Notes: generated by a model from the letters alone, not told the origin. 58,697 nt of DNA, filler included, from Sphacelaria rigidula (GCA_964200075.2; 10 parts of 10 records of this genome joined end to end with filler, not necessarily neighbours in it); one strand, 5' to 3'; positions 10,946 through 24,880 are shown, numbered from the whole stretch's first letter. Translations and numbers: made by a program.

Positions 10946-12257
10946 CTGACATGAGGGGAATAGCTATTGCATTGTTGATAGCACCGCGACTAGGTTAGTT
11001 TAGGCGCCGTGCTCGTCCTTCAAGACTTCTTTTTTCTTACGAAAATGCGGGGAAGGCACGGCACGGGCGTAGTTCGTACGCAAAAGACATGGCACGGGCA
11101 CGTTGCACCTCAACTCCCACCGGCGGGGTATTGCCATCTTCTGTTTTTTTAGAGCCTACGTCACATGGGCTCGATTCCTTCAAAACATTAGTTCCTTCTC
11201 TCCGATCCGTGGTCACGGGGTGCAAGGAGCCTACCACCCATGACCATAAAACCAAGAGTTGACAGAGGATGCGTTTACACAAAACGGTACACTACACGAA
11301 AGGAGCGAGCCCGCAAAAACCGATCGCACAACAAAGAACACCCTGCGAGCTGACAAATTATCGGCGTGTGATCTAGACGGCCAAATTACCACCTACTGCT
11401 GCATATTATTCGTGTAGAGACAGCAAACGCAGGAATCGGCATGTCGCAGGTGACGAGAACCATCCCGTAATAGACCTAGTCATATTAATATTGGAAAAAA
11501 CCCCAGGTTCAAGAAACTGAGGAAATAGCTTCATCACCGAAGCATCAACTGACTTGGCTCAACATCAATATCAAGTGAGTTAATCACCCTATAACAGGGT
11601 TGCCAGAAAAGTGAGAACGTGTTTTGAAATGAGAATCAACCGCTCCCCGGGATTGTGTAGNNNNNNNNNNNNNNNNNNNNNNNNNNNNNNNNNNNNNNNN
11701 NNNNTTAATTAATTAANNNNNNNNNNNNNNNNNNNNNNNNNNNNNNNNNNNNNNNNNNNNCCGGCAGACTACGTCGGTGAGGGGCGGAAGGGGAGGGGTT
11801 ACGCCCCCCCCCCCCCCCCCTACACGCGCCAAGACCATTCGTGTGTTGTCTACATCCAAGGTCGCCCTTGTTCTATAGGGCAAGCTTAAACAGGATAAAC
11901 GCTTTCTTCCCCATCTTGTGAAAAAAAGCCATTTGATCCCCCTCTATCGTTGAACGTGTCCTGGGAGAGCGGGCTGAATCTTTGTCCTTATCCTACAAGG
12001 GGGTGTAACTCATTGCTACCACTTTTATAGCTTCATTCAGAGTAGAGGCTTGCTTCTTCGATTATTTCCCCAGGTTTTCAACGTTTTCAGCTATCAACCA
12101 ACTAAACTATGAGCCGAGTTTACTGTCAACAATAACAACAGCAACAGTACTAGCAGTACAGCAACAACAATGACAACAAACGAAGCAGCGGTAGCAGCAG
12201 CAGCGATGCACCATGGCAATGACAGAATACATAGTAACAAGAATAAAACAGTATTAC

Positions 12258-12362
12258 CTGTCGGGTCGGCGATACCCTCGACCATCCCGCAAGTGCTCTC
12301 GGGTGGGGCGAGGGGGTGCAGCGATGACGTAGGCGCTGGGGACTCGCGCACCTTTTTATTTC
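12258..12362 (-). CDS. Possible internal exon, unknown protein
   Basis: cccttcccag|...NKKVRESPAPTSSLHPLAPPESTCGMVEGIADPT...|gtaata; 105 bp, phase-symmetric. Confidence 0.4.
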
Positions 12363-13737
12363 CTGGGAAGGGAAGGGGGGAGGAGAGGGCAGACAGGGAG
12401 AAGAGCTCGATCGCTAGGGATCATAATACAGTGTTTTCTTGTGGGCACATGTCTTGACCGAGTACAATGGCCAAGTGAACAGAAGGGAGAAATGCAAAAT
12501 CTTCGCGAAGTTACGTGACTACTCGCCGCAGCCCACACGACGCGCGGCGTCGAGAAATGTCTTTTTCCGTACCTCAGTGGGTTACATCTATACATACATA
12601 TATGTGTGTTATTATACAGAGCTCTATGTATCCGTATATATATATATATATATATACTACGCTGTGCATGTAGATACAAAACATGTCGGTATATTTCCAA
12701 CCCCTTTCATTCATCGGGACGAGTGCGTGGTCTGGAGGAATTGACCAAACCTCCCCCTCGGTATAACGATGCAAAAGCTTGCTAAGAAAAGTTGACGCCT
12801 CCCTCGTGCAGTACCACAATGGCGATCTATATTGAGTGTGTGTGTGAGTAAGTGAGTGTTGTCGCACAGCAACTGATCCACCATGAATCCGGTCGTGGTC
12901 ACAAGGCAGACGAGCCTTATCTGGGGTATACAATCGGGAGCACTGGCCGAGGGAAACTCGAAGAGCGGGAAACGATGGGGAAGAAAGGAGAGAGCAAACG
13001 CAGGGAAGTGCAAACCAGAAATGCTAGTGACAAAACAAAACAAAAAAAGTGAGAGGGGGAGGACAAGAGGGGAACCGAGGGGAGTGCAAAGGAGAACGCC
13101 ACGGCATTCGATCGAGCACCGGTCACGAGGGAAAAAAACGAAAATGAAACAAAAAAATATATATCATTTACTCGTGAGCTTCATTTACCCCATTGGCCGT
13201 TGACCGTCCATATATATATATATATATATACTCTAATATATATTGAAGTTTGGTGGATAGCTACCTGCGTGATCATGACTATGCCTAGTGATAGATGAAT
13301 TCTGTTGATGTTGTAAGTTTAATTGATTTTGATTTGATTGATTGTCGCACTTCAACTGACCCGCCAGGGATCCAGTCGCGGTCACATGATAGACATGTGA
13401 TACACATCATACATATATCCACACTGTTCGCACAGTCTCAAGAGGGTCCGGGAAGCAAAGGCACAATTCAACAGCGCACAGAACTGCACTTATTCGCAAA
13501 AAGAATCCAAGACCTGAGTCCTGAACCAGATGCAGATGCCTAAGCCGTTTCGGAACAATATTCGACCGGATGCTCTGATGCATACTCGGAAGTTGGGCTC
13601 TACGTGCTGCACGAAGCAGACGCTCCACATTTTGTAGAACACTCTGGTTGTATGTGTGTGCACATGTGTGCGGTTGTACTTCCAACCGCAAAATGAAAAC
13701 ACGAAAACAACGAGGAAGCTCCGAAAAAATGAAAAAG

Positions 13738-13763
13738 GAAAAAAAATTGCAAAAAAAAAAAAA

Positions 13764-13819
<56 letters not shown>

Positions 13820-13870
13820 CAAAAAAAAAAAAAAAGAAAAAAAAATTCAAAAAAAAAAAAAGCATAAAAA
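13738..13870. repeat. Long A-rich / poly(A) tract
   Basis: More than 100 nt almost entirely A; source of spurious poly-K and poly-F ORFs. Confidence 0.9.
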
Positions 13871-14080
13871 ATGATCGATTTCTCAAAGAAACCGAAGCTG
13901 CGAAAAAGGAAGAAAAACAAAATGCACAAAGAAACCAAACAAAGAGAATCCGAAACTACTGATTTCTCAAAGAACCAAAAACGGAAGACAACATTGAAAA
14001 GTATCACACATGCACCTTATGTTGGGATCTAAAACAAGTAGCATGGTAAAAAACAAATACGGATATATATGTACGAAGTG

Positions 14081-14979
14081 TAGTAGTCAGCATAAGTAGA
14101 TTTCAGAATTCGGAGTTGTTGTAGTTCTTCAGTTTTTCTCGAGTATTATTCTTCATTACTACTTGAAAGTGCTAGCACCGGTAAACTTAGGGGGAAAGGG
14201 TAGGCCGCGCTCAAACTGCATTGCCGAAATTGGAAATTCGTGTTTATGGGGCGATACGGACTAGATACCCCGTTTATCAGGAGGGTGTTATGGGCCGTTT
14301 TTGGTCCAATAAAAACAGTATTCCGGCTCTCCGCAACGAAACGGTAAATGTTCAGATGAATGAATACATATACAATTCTTCACAATAACGATCGAGATCG
14401 TGTTTCCCTCCTACACTGCACAGACCTCAGTCACGCATTTTCTGCGGGTGGCATCTTTTCGTTTTTATTTCGCATAACATTTTCCATGAGCACTCGAAAG
14501 TGCCAGCGTCGATAGTTTCGGCAAAATAAGCAGACCGTGCTCAAATCACAATGCCCAAGTTGGTGTTGTGGGGGCGATATGGAGTCAAGGCCCCGTTTAT
14601 CGTGATGGTGTTATTGACAGTGAATGGTCCAGAAACATAGTTTTCCGGCTTTAGCGCAGGGAACAGGCGGAATTGAAAAAAATAATAGTCATTTTCGTGT
14701 CTTTACTTGTATGATCGGGATCGAGTCGGTCCACCGAAAATATCGAAAAGCTAGAACCTGGGGTTGCACTTTCGCAGGGCCACCGAAGATCGGTCAGGCC
14801 CGTAAGTCACTAAATATTCATCGCCGACATTTCTTCTTTCTTTTTTGTCAAGAGGATAAAAATATCTCCAGATGGCATCTAACAGTCACGGTGATGAGCG
14901 GTGGCAAGCGAAACAAATTTGGAAAATCTTGAGAAACGAGGGAATTACGAATTCAGCATACTTCTGACGCTGACTACTG
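14081..14979 (+). mobile_element. ~900-bp non-autonomous Tc1/mariner-like element (family C) with an internal duplication
   Basis: Ends (T/C)AGTAGTCAGC...CTGACGCTGACTACTG|TA. Full-length inverted homologue at 51129-52013. Two internal units each contain GGGGCGATA..GA....CCCCGTTTATC. Confidence 0.75.
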
Positions 14980-16408
14980 TACTTTGCATTAAATTCATTA
15001 CCGAAGGACCCGAATTCGCTCTCATCAACATCACTTGCCAGTCCTACAACCTCGAGATCGCGGCAACACGACCGCAAAAATTGGCTTACCCGTAGGCTAG
15101 GATACAACGGACAGAATCTTGTACAGTATCTGTATCTTGTATCTTGACGGTGCGACTAAACCACCATTCAAACTGGGCCGGACATGACTGACCGGTTGTC
15201 GAAAATACAGGAATTTCCAACCAGCCTCCAACTAAAACAACATCGATCGAGAAATACAAAGAAGTACTCCTTGCGACTGGGTTCGCACTGTGATCTTATC
15301 GGCGGTCTGCGCTGGGTAGGAGGTGATTTGTCCACTCATTCCTGTGACCGGTAGTACTGTCGTCCAGACTGCCCTTCGACAACGCCCACCACCGAACAAG
15401 GTTGCAACGTACGCGCTGGCGTGACTGATCTGTCCACCACCCAACCAAAGACAGCTAGCTATACAGGGACGACTTCTAATGCAGATCAATACCAAGTTAG
15501 TGCTGAGCCCATGGCGACAATAATATGACGATTATCGATGAGGAACCTGTGACAGACAGTCCCGAATGTTTGCATACGCTAGGACACGCCCGAGAGGTCT
15601 CCTTGTGACCATTCACAGCAGCATCCCCTGTAGCCGTAGAGGGGTGTTCGATACAGATTCCAATATTGTGTTCAGACTAAAATCAACATTGCCTCCCAAC
15701 TGGAATTCGAGCTCAACACGCATAACGGGTGTGATACATCCCATACCTTGTCCACTGACGCCGTCATCGTTGATTTCGCGGATTACGGGGTAGGCCAAAG
15801 CTGGTAGTTCCGCGTGTCGGTGATGGTCGGCTCAGAGCCCGTACCTCGTCGTTAGATTAAAAATAGGAAATGAATTAAATAACATGTACGAGGGTCATTT
15901 TCTACTTCGCCAACGGTCAAAAATCCAAAAATACGGAAAAATAGCTGCGATGATCATCTGGAACATAATGGCAACGCGCTCAAATACTTGATTTCCCTCG
16001 AATCTATACGCCTTGTATTGTGAAGACAAAAACAACTTGCTCCTTCACTCATATTCAAATTTGAAGAATAGAAAATTACCGTGGGCAAAGACTTTCCGTA
16101 TGCTGTCGTGAGAAGGCAATGACCATATCAACGCGAATCGAAGACTTGACTCTTACCTTAGATGACGGAGTTTAACACTCTGTAATGACAGCTGCTTTAT
16201 CATTATTGTCTTGAGCCAAGGATATGATGAGTCTGAAGTCATAAGATACCTATTTTTCGAACATTATTGACGAAAACCTCAAGAGATTAACTTTGGGTGA
16301 CTCTGATTTCGCCGATCACTGACTGTACCGCAAAGTATCATTGCCTGCGGGGGAAGGGGTGTTATACACCGTCATCGCCAAATGTGAGCGGTACCTGGGT
16401 TGTTTCAG

Positions 16409-16781
16409 GCAGAAGCTCGCTGGACACAGTGCTGTCGTCCAGGACGCTAGATTCAAAAATGGTGACCATGGATACTACACCAGAGGGGGCTCATGGAAAG
16501 AATGCAATTGCAGGCACTGTGTCTAGAAAACAGCTGCTGAAGTTTTCCACCTTGGCAGGATCACTGGAAACTCTTGTCTCTCAGATGGCGGAAGACTGGA
16601 AGAACACGGTTACTACTGCGCCGGGAACATTGGCGAAGGGGAAGGGGAAGGACGGGAAGGCGGGGGAGGACGCCGACAAGACTGTTTATCCAATTTATGG
16701 TCAAATTCGACGGGCGCAGCTCCTGTTCACAGAGTTGCACGCTACCACGCGCAAGACTCACACTTCCATCGAGACCTGCAG
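16409..16781 (+). CDS. Probable exon, unknown protein
   Basis: gttgtttcag|...RSSLDTVLSSRTLDSKMVTMD...KTVYPIYGQIRRAQLLFTELHATTRKTHTSIETC|gtagat; protein-like composition. Confidence 0.45.
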
Positions 16782-19659
16782 GTAGATACTTGCAATTCAG
16801 TCCGGCACTGTCCTTGTGTGTTACGAGTCCTTCTATACAGCACCAGTATATCGATTACAAGTCAAAATCATCCGACCTACCCACAACACAATCAGCACAG
16901 ACGGTATACGAGTTATTCTCGGCGTAGGTAGCTGTATTATAAGTCCGCATACTGGACTGCTGTGCTGCTGTACTACCGGCCAATTTGACGGCACTTTACT
17001 TTGTACACTATCTGACAGAAGGGCACGCTACGGTGGTGTATGCCATGTGAGTCACTTGAAGTAGTCATGTGCACTGCCACGGCGCCCCCCTGTCGTAACG
17101 AGCACATGCAAGGCCAGTTGATTGACTGGTTGTCTCACATTAAGTGATGATGATACCGGAGGGATCCAGCCGTGGCGACAACATAGACGTATCCACGGTA
17201 AACAAATGGGAACGCTTGCTAAGGAAGAGAAGTGGATACACACAAAAATATACTGTAAGGCAAACGGATTAAGCTGGGGAGGGAAACGAGAACAAAAATG
17301 AAGAAGACAAGAAAAAGCCAAGCAGAGAATGGAGTGGAGAGGAACTAAGATTGAGCTAAAATACTGTAGGGAGAAAAAAATGTATATACAAAAATGTGAC
17401 TACAATCGGATGTTAGGGCCTGTCTTAACGAAGGGGATAATCCCCTTTTTCACGATCCCCTTTTGACAGGGGATTGGCCCCATAACGACCAGCCCCGAGT
17501 CCTATCGACAAGCAGTTTTGTACAGGTTGGAACCCAGATCNNNNNNNNNNNNNNNNNNNNNNNNNNNNNNNNNNNNNNNNNNNNTTAATTAATTAANNNN
17601 NNNNNNNNNNNNNNNNNNNNNNNNNNNNNNNNNNNNNNNNTGTACATCCACTTTTCCCAGAACTTCGGAAGCATTCCCATGGCTGGATCGAGTGATCTGT
17701 GAGCCAACCTGCCCCAAAACTGTCTGGAGGAACAAATAACGCCTCTCTATCTTCCTTCCTCATGACAGTATGCGGATGAATGATGGTTGAGACCCCAAAT
17801 TTGAGGTGGGTTCCAAAACTCGACATGTAAGTGAAGAAGTTGTTGTTATTCCGAGAGGTGCAAGATTCGCGAGGCATCCGTTTCTGATTGGATTGGTTGA
17901 TAATACTTCGTTAATATGGCAGGAGCAAGGACCGAGTAGCGCAATACTAGCCGCTTGACCTGGTCATGACAACTTCGGAAGATTGATTGTGGGCACAAGT
18001 GAAATTCCTGTGCTACAGATCAACAGAACGCACATGACCCATATTTGATGGCTGATAGATGGAGCTGACATCATGTGCGAGATGCGGTGCATGTGCACAT
18101 CATGCTAAAAAGGAAGAGTGCAGTTTATCATCCATATGGGAGCTGATCGTTGCTCGAAATTGCTGGCCGGGCGAAATCCATAGGGGTGTACACATGTTGG
18201 CACAGCATGTAAAAATAAAAGTGTACTGCTTTATCCAGCCAGGATGCTAGCGGCCGCATTGCTGTTTAATCCACATGTGTGATATGTGAACAAGAAGTAA
18301 AGCGTTGAAATAATGATTGTGCTGAATCCGGGTATGATATGTGGGTGTGCGCTTGTGGATGCCGTAACGCGACACCACAGTACAGTACGTGGTAACAGGT
18401 ATGTTCATCGGTTGGTGAATGACGCGCCCGAGTAACATGGATAATAATACTTTTCCTTTCTGCTGTCCCAGTGCCCATCCCCCTCGGGTCTGCATAATGT
18501 GTGAGACGCTGAGCCTCCAAAAACCAATTTGTCCGACACAGGTGCTGTCTGTGCGGCCGAGACAAGCACGGGATGACGAATCTTTTTGGAGGATGGTGAC
18601 CGACCAGGATCGAGAATCACCCCCCTTGCTGCAAACCTCCTCGCTATGGGAGAAAGATAGTGATAGATGCAGCGCTCCTTCCCCGTGGCCTTAAAGCGGG
18701 GGGGGGGGGGACATTGATAGCAAGAATTGGGGTGGGGCTGAAACTGATCGTGTGTTTTGTGTGGAGGCGTTGAGCTGCTTTGCTCCGCCGATCGCCGAGG
18801 GAGGAAAAGGGGTCAAGTAGATGTAGTGACTGTCTAGTTTGGCTTGATGACGTAGGCACTACTGTTGTACGGATTACTGATTTTGAAAGTTGAAATTTGA
18901 TTCTTGTACTGTAGGCAACTAACTGACTGTGTAATGACTTTTGGACTGCTGCCGAGATAGCCCTCCCCCGAACCGGCCAAACACTTGTACGGAGGCGATG
19001 TTCATATGCGCCGTTAGAGCTGGTTTCGTGCTGCATGACGCGACTTATTTGGGCGTTATAGCTGATTTCGGACTGCTACACGCCTCTCAGCGAATGATAA
19101 AACCCACTTTCGATCAACGATCTCTCAATCTCATGAGCACATAATCACACTTGTGTCCACCGCCTGAATACTTGTGCACGAGCCCATGGGCTCGAGAGCC
19201 CGCCTCCACATAATGGAATGCGGCGCCACCCACCCACAATTCGACGATTTGCTTTCTATCTATGCAGAGAGACAAAAAGTATTCAGAACCTGCTCACCCC
19301 AAGAAAAAAGAAACACAACACCTTCAACAAGACAACTGTTGCCGTGCAACGTTGGCAAACAAGGGATACACCCAGAAGACCAGCGCCACTCATGAAATGA
19401 CTCAGTCGAACATACGCGTTGCCCCTATCCCGACAAACGTCAGACCGAAACCTGATGACCATCGAATGAGCTCAAGTCTCCAGGCGCTCATGTCAGTACG
19501 CGCGCATCAAAGTCCGTGCGGCATTGAAAATCCGGACAATCACTTCCGTCATACTGAGCGTGCAAGAAAAGCATACGCCAGTCTTGCCCCCCCCCTCTCC
19601 CCGTCATTTTTTTCCCGTTCCCATCTCCACGCAAACTTCCGCCTCGGGCCGCTCCCTAT

Positions 19660-20100
19660 AACAGACAACAAAAGCAAAACGGGGAAAATGCCTTCTTGAA
19701 GCTTCGACGTCGATTTACTCTCTAGAAGAGAGCTAGGCGGAGTTTGACACCTTGAAATGACTTGCTCTACTAGTTGAGGCAGTTCCAGGATATCTCCCCG
19801 TTTTCCCGTGGCCGCAGTTCTCATTTTGGTCGAAGGAAATGTTTTGTCCCACAACGGTCAAGTCCAGAAAAATGCCGATTTTTTCGAGATTTGACTGTTT
19901 TTGACCGTTCTTGGACATAAATTCTTGTTTGGTCTAATTAAAACCGGCGGCCACCGGAAAACGGGAAGATGTCCTGGATCCGCCTCGACGAGTAGAGCAA
20001 GTCACTCCAAGGTGTCAAATTCCGCCTGGCTCTCTTTTAGCGCGAAAAACGACGTAAAAGCTCCAAAAGGGCACTTCTTCAGATTATATTTTTGTCTGTA
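19660..20100. mobile_element. ~440-bp foldback element (two ~200-bp inverted arms)
   Basis: GAGAGCTAGGCGGAGTTTGACACCTTGAAATGACTTGCTCTACT... mirrors ...AGTAGAGCAAGTCACTCCAAGGTGTCAAATTCCGCCTGGCTCTC. Symmetry continues almost to the centre (~19880). Confidence 0.8.
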
Positions 20101-21699
20101 AATTCATAAGCAGTGGCCTCACAATACAAATTTCCACGACGGAAGGGCCGTTTACGTTTACCCAGCAAACTCGACTATGCGCGTCTTTCTTTAACCGGAC
20201 CCCTCCACGGGTCGCCTCCCTCGCCGGCGTACTCGCTCTTCTCTAAGTTCACTTCGTCGCCCAAGTTTGCTTCGTCGACGATGTTCTTCGCGTTCTGTTT
20301 GTCACCATCGCCGCTCTCTTCGTCACTCTTGTCGCCGGCCGACCCGTCATCTGAGGGCACGGTGCATGCATCGGAGGCACAGTGACGAGGGATATTGATG
20401 ACATCTTCGAATGGTATGATGAGAGCTCTTCCCCTAACGTGCACCATATTGTGACGGTGTGTTCAAACGCCTGATCGTTCACCGTTTGTTGTTATAGAGG
20501 GCGCTACAGTTTCTCGGAAGGCGGCAATTTTACTGTTTTTGAAAGCTGTTCATGGGAGCTACGCTCTAATGCGAAAATATGGAAAGTATACAGCATCCAC
20601 GAGCCCTTTTCGGTTCTGTAAGAAGTGACGACGCCAAGAAATTACCCTAGGACACACTGAAACCCGCAGACGAGGTCTTTCATCTTCATCAATGGCATCT
20701 GCCCAAACGACAAGGATTATACCGCACGTTTATTTGTCGTGCAGTCGGGTAGGACATATTATTTCACATATTTATTACGGTCACCCTGTGCGCGGGGGAA
20801 CAAAAGATTATGGGAGATATTTGATATTTTCGCCACCACTACACCGGGGGGGAGGGGAGGGAGAGCTGCTCGGTATTCAAGAAAAAAAAAACTGACAAGA
20901 AACAAGATACTTTCGCTGAAAAGACCATTGCCCAAACGTTTACAGGAGCAAATATTCATGAGGAGAATTTGTAGGGGAAAACAACTAGACCCCGCGCGCT
21001 TATGCTGAACATTATAAAAGAGGCACCGGAAACATTCGCCTGCCACAGATCGTAGTGCCTTAAATGGTAGGGGGGGGTCGACAATAGAGAAGCGGTCAAC
21101 AGAGGAACCTTGACGGAAGAGGGAAATCGAGAGCAGCAAAGAGCACCGGAAAGTGACCCCAAGGCAGAGAGGAAAGACCACGACACGAGGGCAGCTGCCG
21201 CTCTGCCCACCCGCCAAACTACTGCACGTCACACAGCACCTCTGCGCTGTGAGGGGTTCTAGGCAAGCGCTTCTGAGGCATTCTCTCTCTTGCCTTCTGT
21301 TGATCCCGTGATCCATCCGCACGCTCTACGAGGGCAAACAATTGCACTGAAACACGCAACAACATGCACTACTGAAGAGAAATATATATGTGTATATATT
21401 TACGCGGGAAAAACTGTTGGTGCTGTACTTGCACACATCATGCCACGCCAGGGATTGAAAATGAAGATGAAGTAAACCCGTGTTCCATACCAACCAAAGA
21501 ATACCGTCCCTACACGCCCCAACACGCACGCATCGTCGACTGCGGGATAAGGGTAACCTCAGCCAAAGCGTTTGATGAAATACTCACCTATCACGTGGGA
21601 CAGGATGCTTGCACGGCGTGGACTTTTGTCACGACGTCAGCGTCCATGGCAAGGAGAAACGCCACGAGGCGGCTCTCCACGTACACGGAGGGGCGGGAC

Positions 21700-22320
21700 G
21701 ATTCCGACATTCCGGTTGGACAACACCCCTATCCGACTCTTACTCGCTAGGGATTGATGACTCTCCGTGTACATGACGCCGCCTCACATCCTCAGTATCT
21801 TTCGAAACAGTAAAAACAAGGTGCGGAAAGATGGAACCAGGGCGATTATGATCGGGGGTCCATTTTTTCATACTTTGGAGACAAATTATACAGAACCGGA
21901 TATCTACGACGACACGTCTAAACTTTTCCGACAATCTAGAGGCGGCAAAAACCGTCCGAGGCTCACGTTTAGCACAGTGTGACAATAAATCGTAATTCCT
22001 GGAAACATTGGACAGTATTCACCCCGGTCGGGCTCCAGAGCACTGTGTGCCCCGTAGATGCTTGGCAGAGTTGGAACGTTGGTAGGTGCTGAGCTTTACA
22101 ATTTGGTATAAGAGCATCGGGGGCAAAGAAGTGATAGCATGATCTTCCTTTTGACGCTCTATTTGATGATTCGAGAGGGCATCGTGATGCCATACGAAGG
22201 TACATTTATCGTGGTGAACATTTTCCCCTTTGCATGGTACCACTTTCGTCAGAGACCGCAAGCGCGAGCATAGCGGTAATATTTCGGTGGTATCGCAACA
22301 CATGGCGAGCGACCTATCAG
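21700..22320 (+). pseudogene. Possible highly degenerate Ulp1/C48 protease remnant
   Basis: Motif order across frameshifts resembles Ulp1: IDDS..VYM, GPFFHTL, IVIPGNIG, PFDAL. Catalytic His and Cys are not recognisable. Confidence 0.25.
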
Positions 22321-23931
22321 CGGTACACAGATGTTTTTCAGTGTGACGTTAACGTGAGCGGTAAACTAAAACGTGGCGGTCATTCTGCGATGGTGAGCGG
22401 TTTTCAACTTTCGACCGTACCATAAGTAGCGAAGGAAATTTCGCAGGTGTGTTGGGTTGGGTCAATACCCGGGTGTTCCCTGTCCCGACGTTGGTGTTGC
22501 GATGGTCCGTTCTCAAAACTTTTTCAAAAGTCTGCATTCGCCAATATTCGTATGGGGTAGAGTAGGGTATGATCGCTATACTCTGCCCAATATCTGCATT
22601 GCTGAGTACGATCTCATTGGTCTACCCGAGGTTTGGGTACTTGTAATATGATTCTTTTAAAATACCCAAATGCAGGAAAAATCATCAAAACGACAAAAGC
22701 ACAACAGCACCACCTTCCTAGCTATGTGCGGGAACACACGCACAATATGCAGCTCAAAACAATCGGAGTATCATCATTAGCTATGGTGAAATAAAACAAA
22801 CAAGTACTTTACCACGAACGACGCAATCCTTCAACAGTCTCCTTACCCGCCCCAACCGAAATATTCCACGCCGTTCGCAAAACGTCAACCGTCAAATCAA
22901 CACTTCAGATTGACGCACAACCCAAACCGAAACACGAAAAGTGTAGGTGCGTATTGCAACCGGGAATGAACGTGCCCGTGGGCTCTCAAAAGACAAGGGG
23001 AAAAGCTTCCGGTAATGAAAACATGACAGCACAAAAATGCCGTCATTACGTCACAGAAAGAAAAAAAGCAAGGGTGATATAAAAGTACACTGAGCATTGG
23101 TCAGCACAGAACCTCTCTTAATACAGTGCACATCCCCTGGCTAAAAAGTACAATGGGTATTGAATACTCGGTATCGAACCTGTGCGAGAGGGGGTGTCAA
23201 CGAGGGTAAGTGGGTGGTATACAATTACTCTCAATGCAACATCAACAACAATGTTTTCGTGAGATTGAGAATCTTCGATACGATTGAGAGTAGGGTTGAG
23301 GCAAGCTGTCAGCGGCCGGTTGTGCCTGCATTAATGGATAAAACGCTTACCTCGCACATTGGTGCAATATCCTGCCGGCAAACCCAACAATGTTTCCGGG
23401 AAATCGAGCGTCGAAAGTACNNNNNNNNNNNNNNNNNNNNNNNNNNNNNNNNNNNNNNNNNNNNTTAATTAATTAANNNNNNNNNNNNNNNNNNNNNNNN
23501 NNNNNNNNNNNNNNNNNNNNCAGCGCCGTTGCCACTCGACGCCAACCCAAGAGTCTAGAGGCGAGGGGGGGGAGGTGGGGGCAGCGCGTGAACGCGCGAT
23601 TTGCTCATGCTAGGGATGTATTTTTAACTCAAGTGTATCCACATGGAAATAAAGAAACGAGGATAAGTTGTCTCTATGGTTGCAAAAATGTCGTCGAACA
23701 GCCCGGATACTGTTTGGAGGCTAACCCCTCCCGTCCCCCCCCTCCCCATTCGCATCCCTAACTGTTCTATAACGCTGCAACATACAACATCGTTTTATGT
23801 ACCGTATGCATCTGAGCGCACCTGAATCGCGTCACGCTACATCTTCAACTAACTGCCCCACGGATTTGTGTATCATGGACCGTGCTGTAGTGCAGGCTTA
23901 GTCGCCGAAGACACGGACAGGAGTGTTTACA

Positions 23932-24560
23932 CGCGATCATACTCATCAATTTTGGGCCGTTTTCAATGAAGTTTTGACACGATGTACAGGACGTATGTGT
24001 GAAGACCCCATGTTTCCTCCTCCACATTTTTTTTTCTCCGTGAGTTATTTTCGATTTAGTTCCGAAAAAACTGTTCTGACATGTTCCGTCGCCAATTACT
24101 CACGAAGAAAAGGAAAAAAAATACAAGAGAGAGAAAATAAGGTCTTAGCACATACGTCCTGTACATCGTGTCCAAATTTACAAGTAAACGACCTAAAATT
24201 GAGCAGTATAATCGCGTTTTCCGGTCGAAAACCGGCCCCCTTGTGGAGATGGACCAGCCACGACGGGAACAGGGAATTCTAAACCGCAGCCGCTCCGCTG
24301 TTCAATTTCAAGCTATTTTTCCTGAAATTTTGACACGATGCGTAGCTATGTTCAAGGACCCTAATTTCTCCCCCTGGGCCTTTTTTTTTTCAATGAGCAA
24401 TCGAGGATTTGTCCCGGAAAAACTGTTCCGAAATTTGGATTACCGATAACTCACGAGAAAAGAAGCAAAAAGTGCAGGGATAACAGTAGGGGCTTTGCAC
24501 ATACCCTGTGTACATCCTGTCAAAATTTCATAACAGGCTGGGCCGAAATATCAGCAGGAT
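23932..24560. mobile_element. Two tandem palindromic MITE copies (~23932-24216 and ~24295-24560)
   Basis: Copy 1 has arms TTTTGACACGATGTACAGGACGTATGTG / CACATACGTCCTGTACATCGTGTCCAAA. Copy 2 is a diverged version with the same centre (CCGAAAAAACTGTTC). Confidence 0.75.
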
Positions 24561-24764
24561 TTGGGGAAACCGAAGTATAAGCCTGATATGGATGGACCGC
24601 CTTCAAATAACGTAAAGCAGCTCTACAAGCGTGGTACGTGGTATATCATACATGGCACACATAAGGGGTTTCGTTTCTCAATAGTAGACCCTCGGAGCAC
24701 GGGGGATGAAGGGTAAAATCCCCGGGGTTTATACGCCGACATAGTTTTTTGCCCTCAGGCGTGC

Positions 24765-24880
24765 GTTTTTAGCCATTTTTTGCTGCCCTTGAGGAGCTCC
24801 TCGATCAACGCGCGTCTCTCATTTTCATTGAAATTCTTTCTGGACACCTTCTCGGCAGTGCCTTCAGCAACGGACATGTT
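24765..24880 (-). pseudogene. Remnant of a mariner-like transposase N-terminus
   Basis: MSVAEGTAEKVSRKNFNENERRALIEELLKGSK(NG), resembling the N-terminal helical segment of plant/stramenopile DD39D mariner transposases, then frameshift and stop. Confidence 0.5.

Noticed and set aside
13407..14007. Poly-F and poly-K ORFs
   Set aside because: Translations of a poly(A) tract that is probably low-quality sequence.
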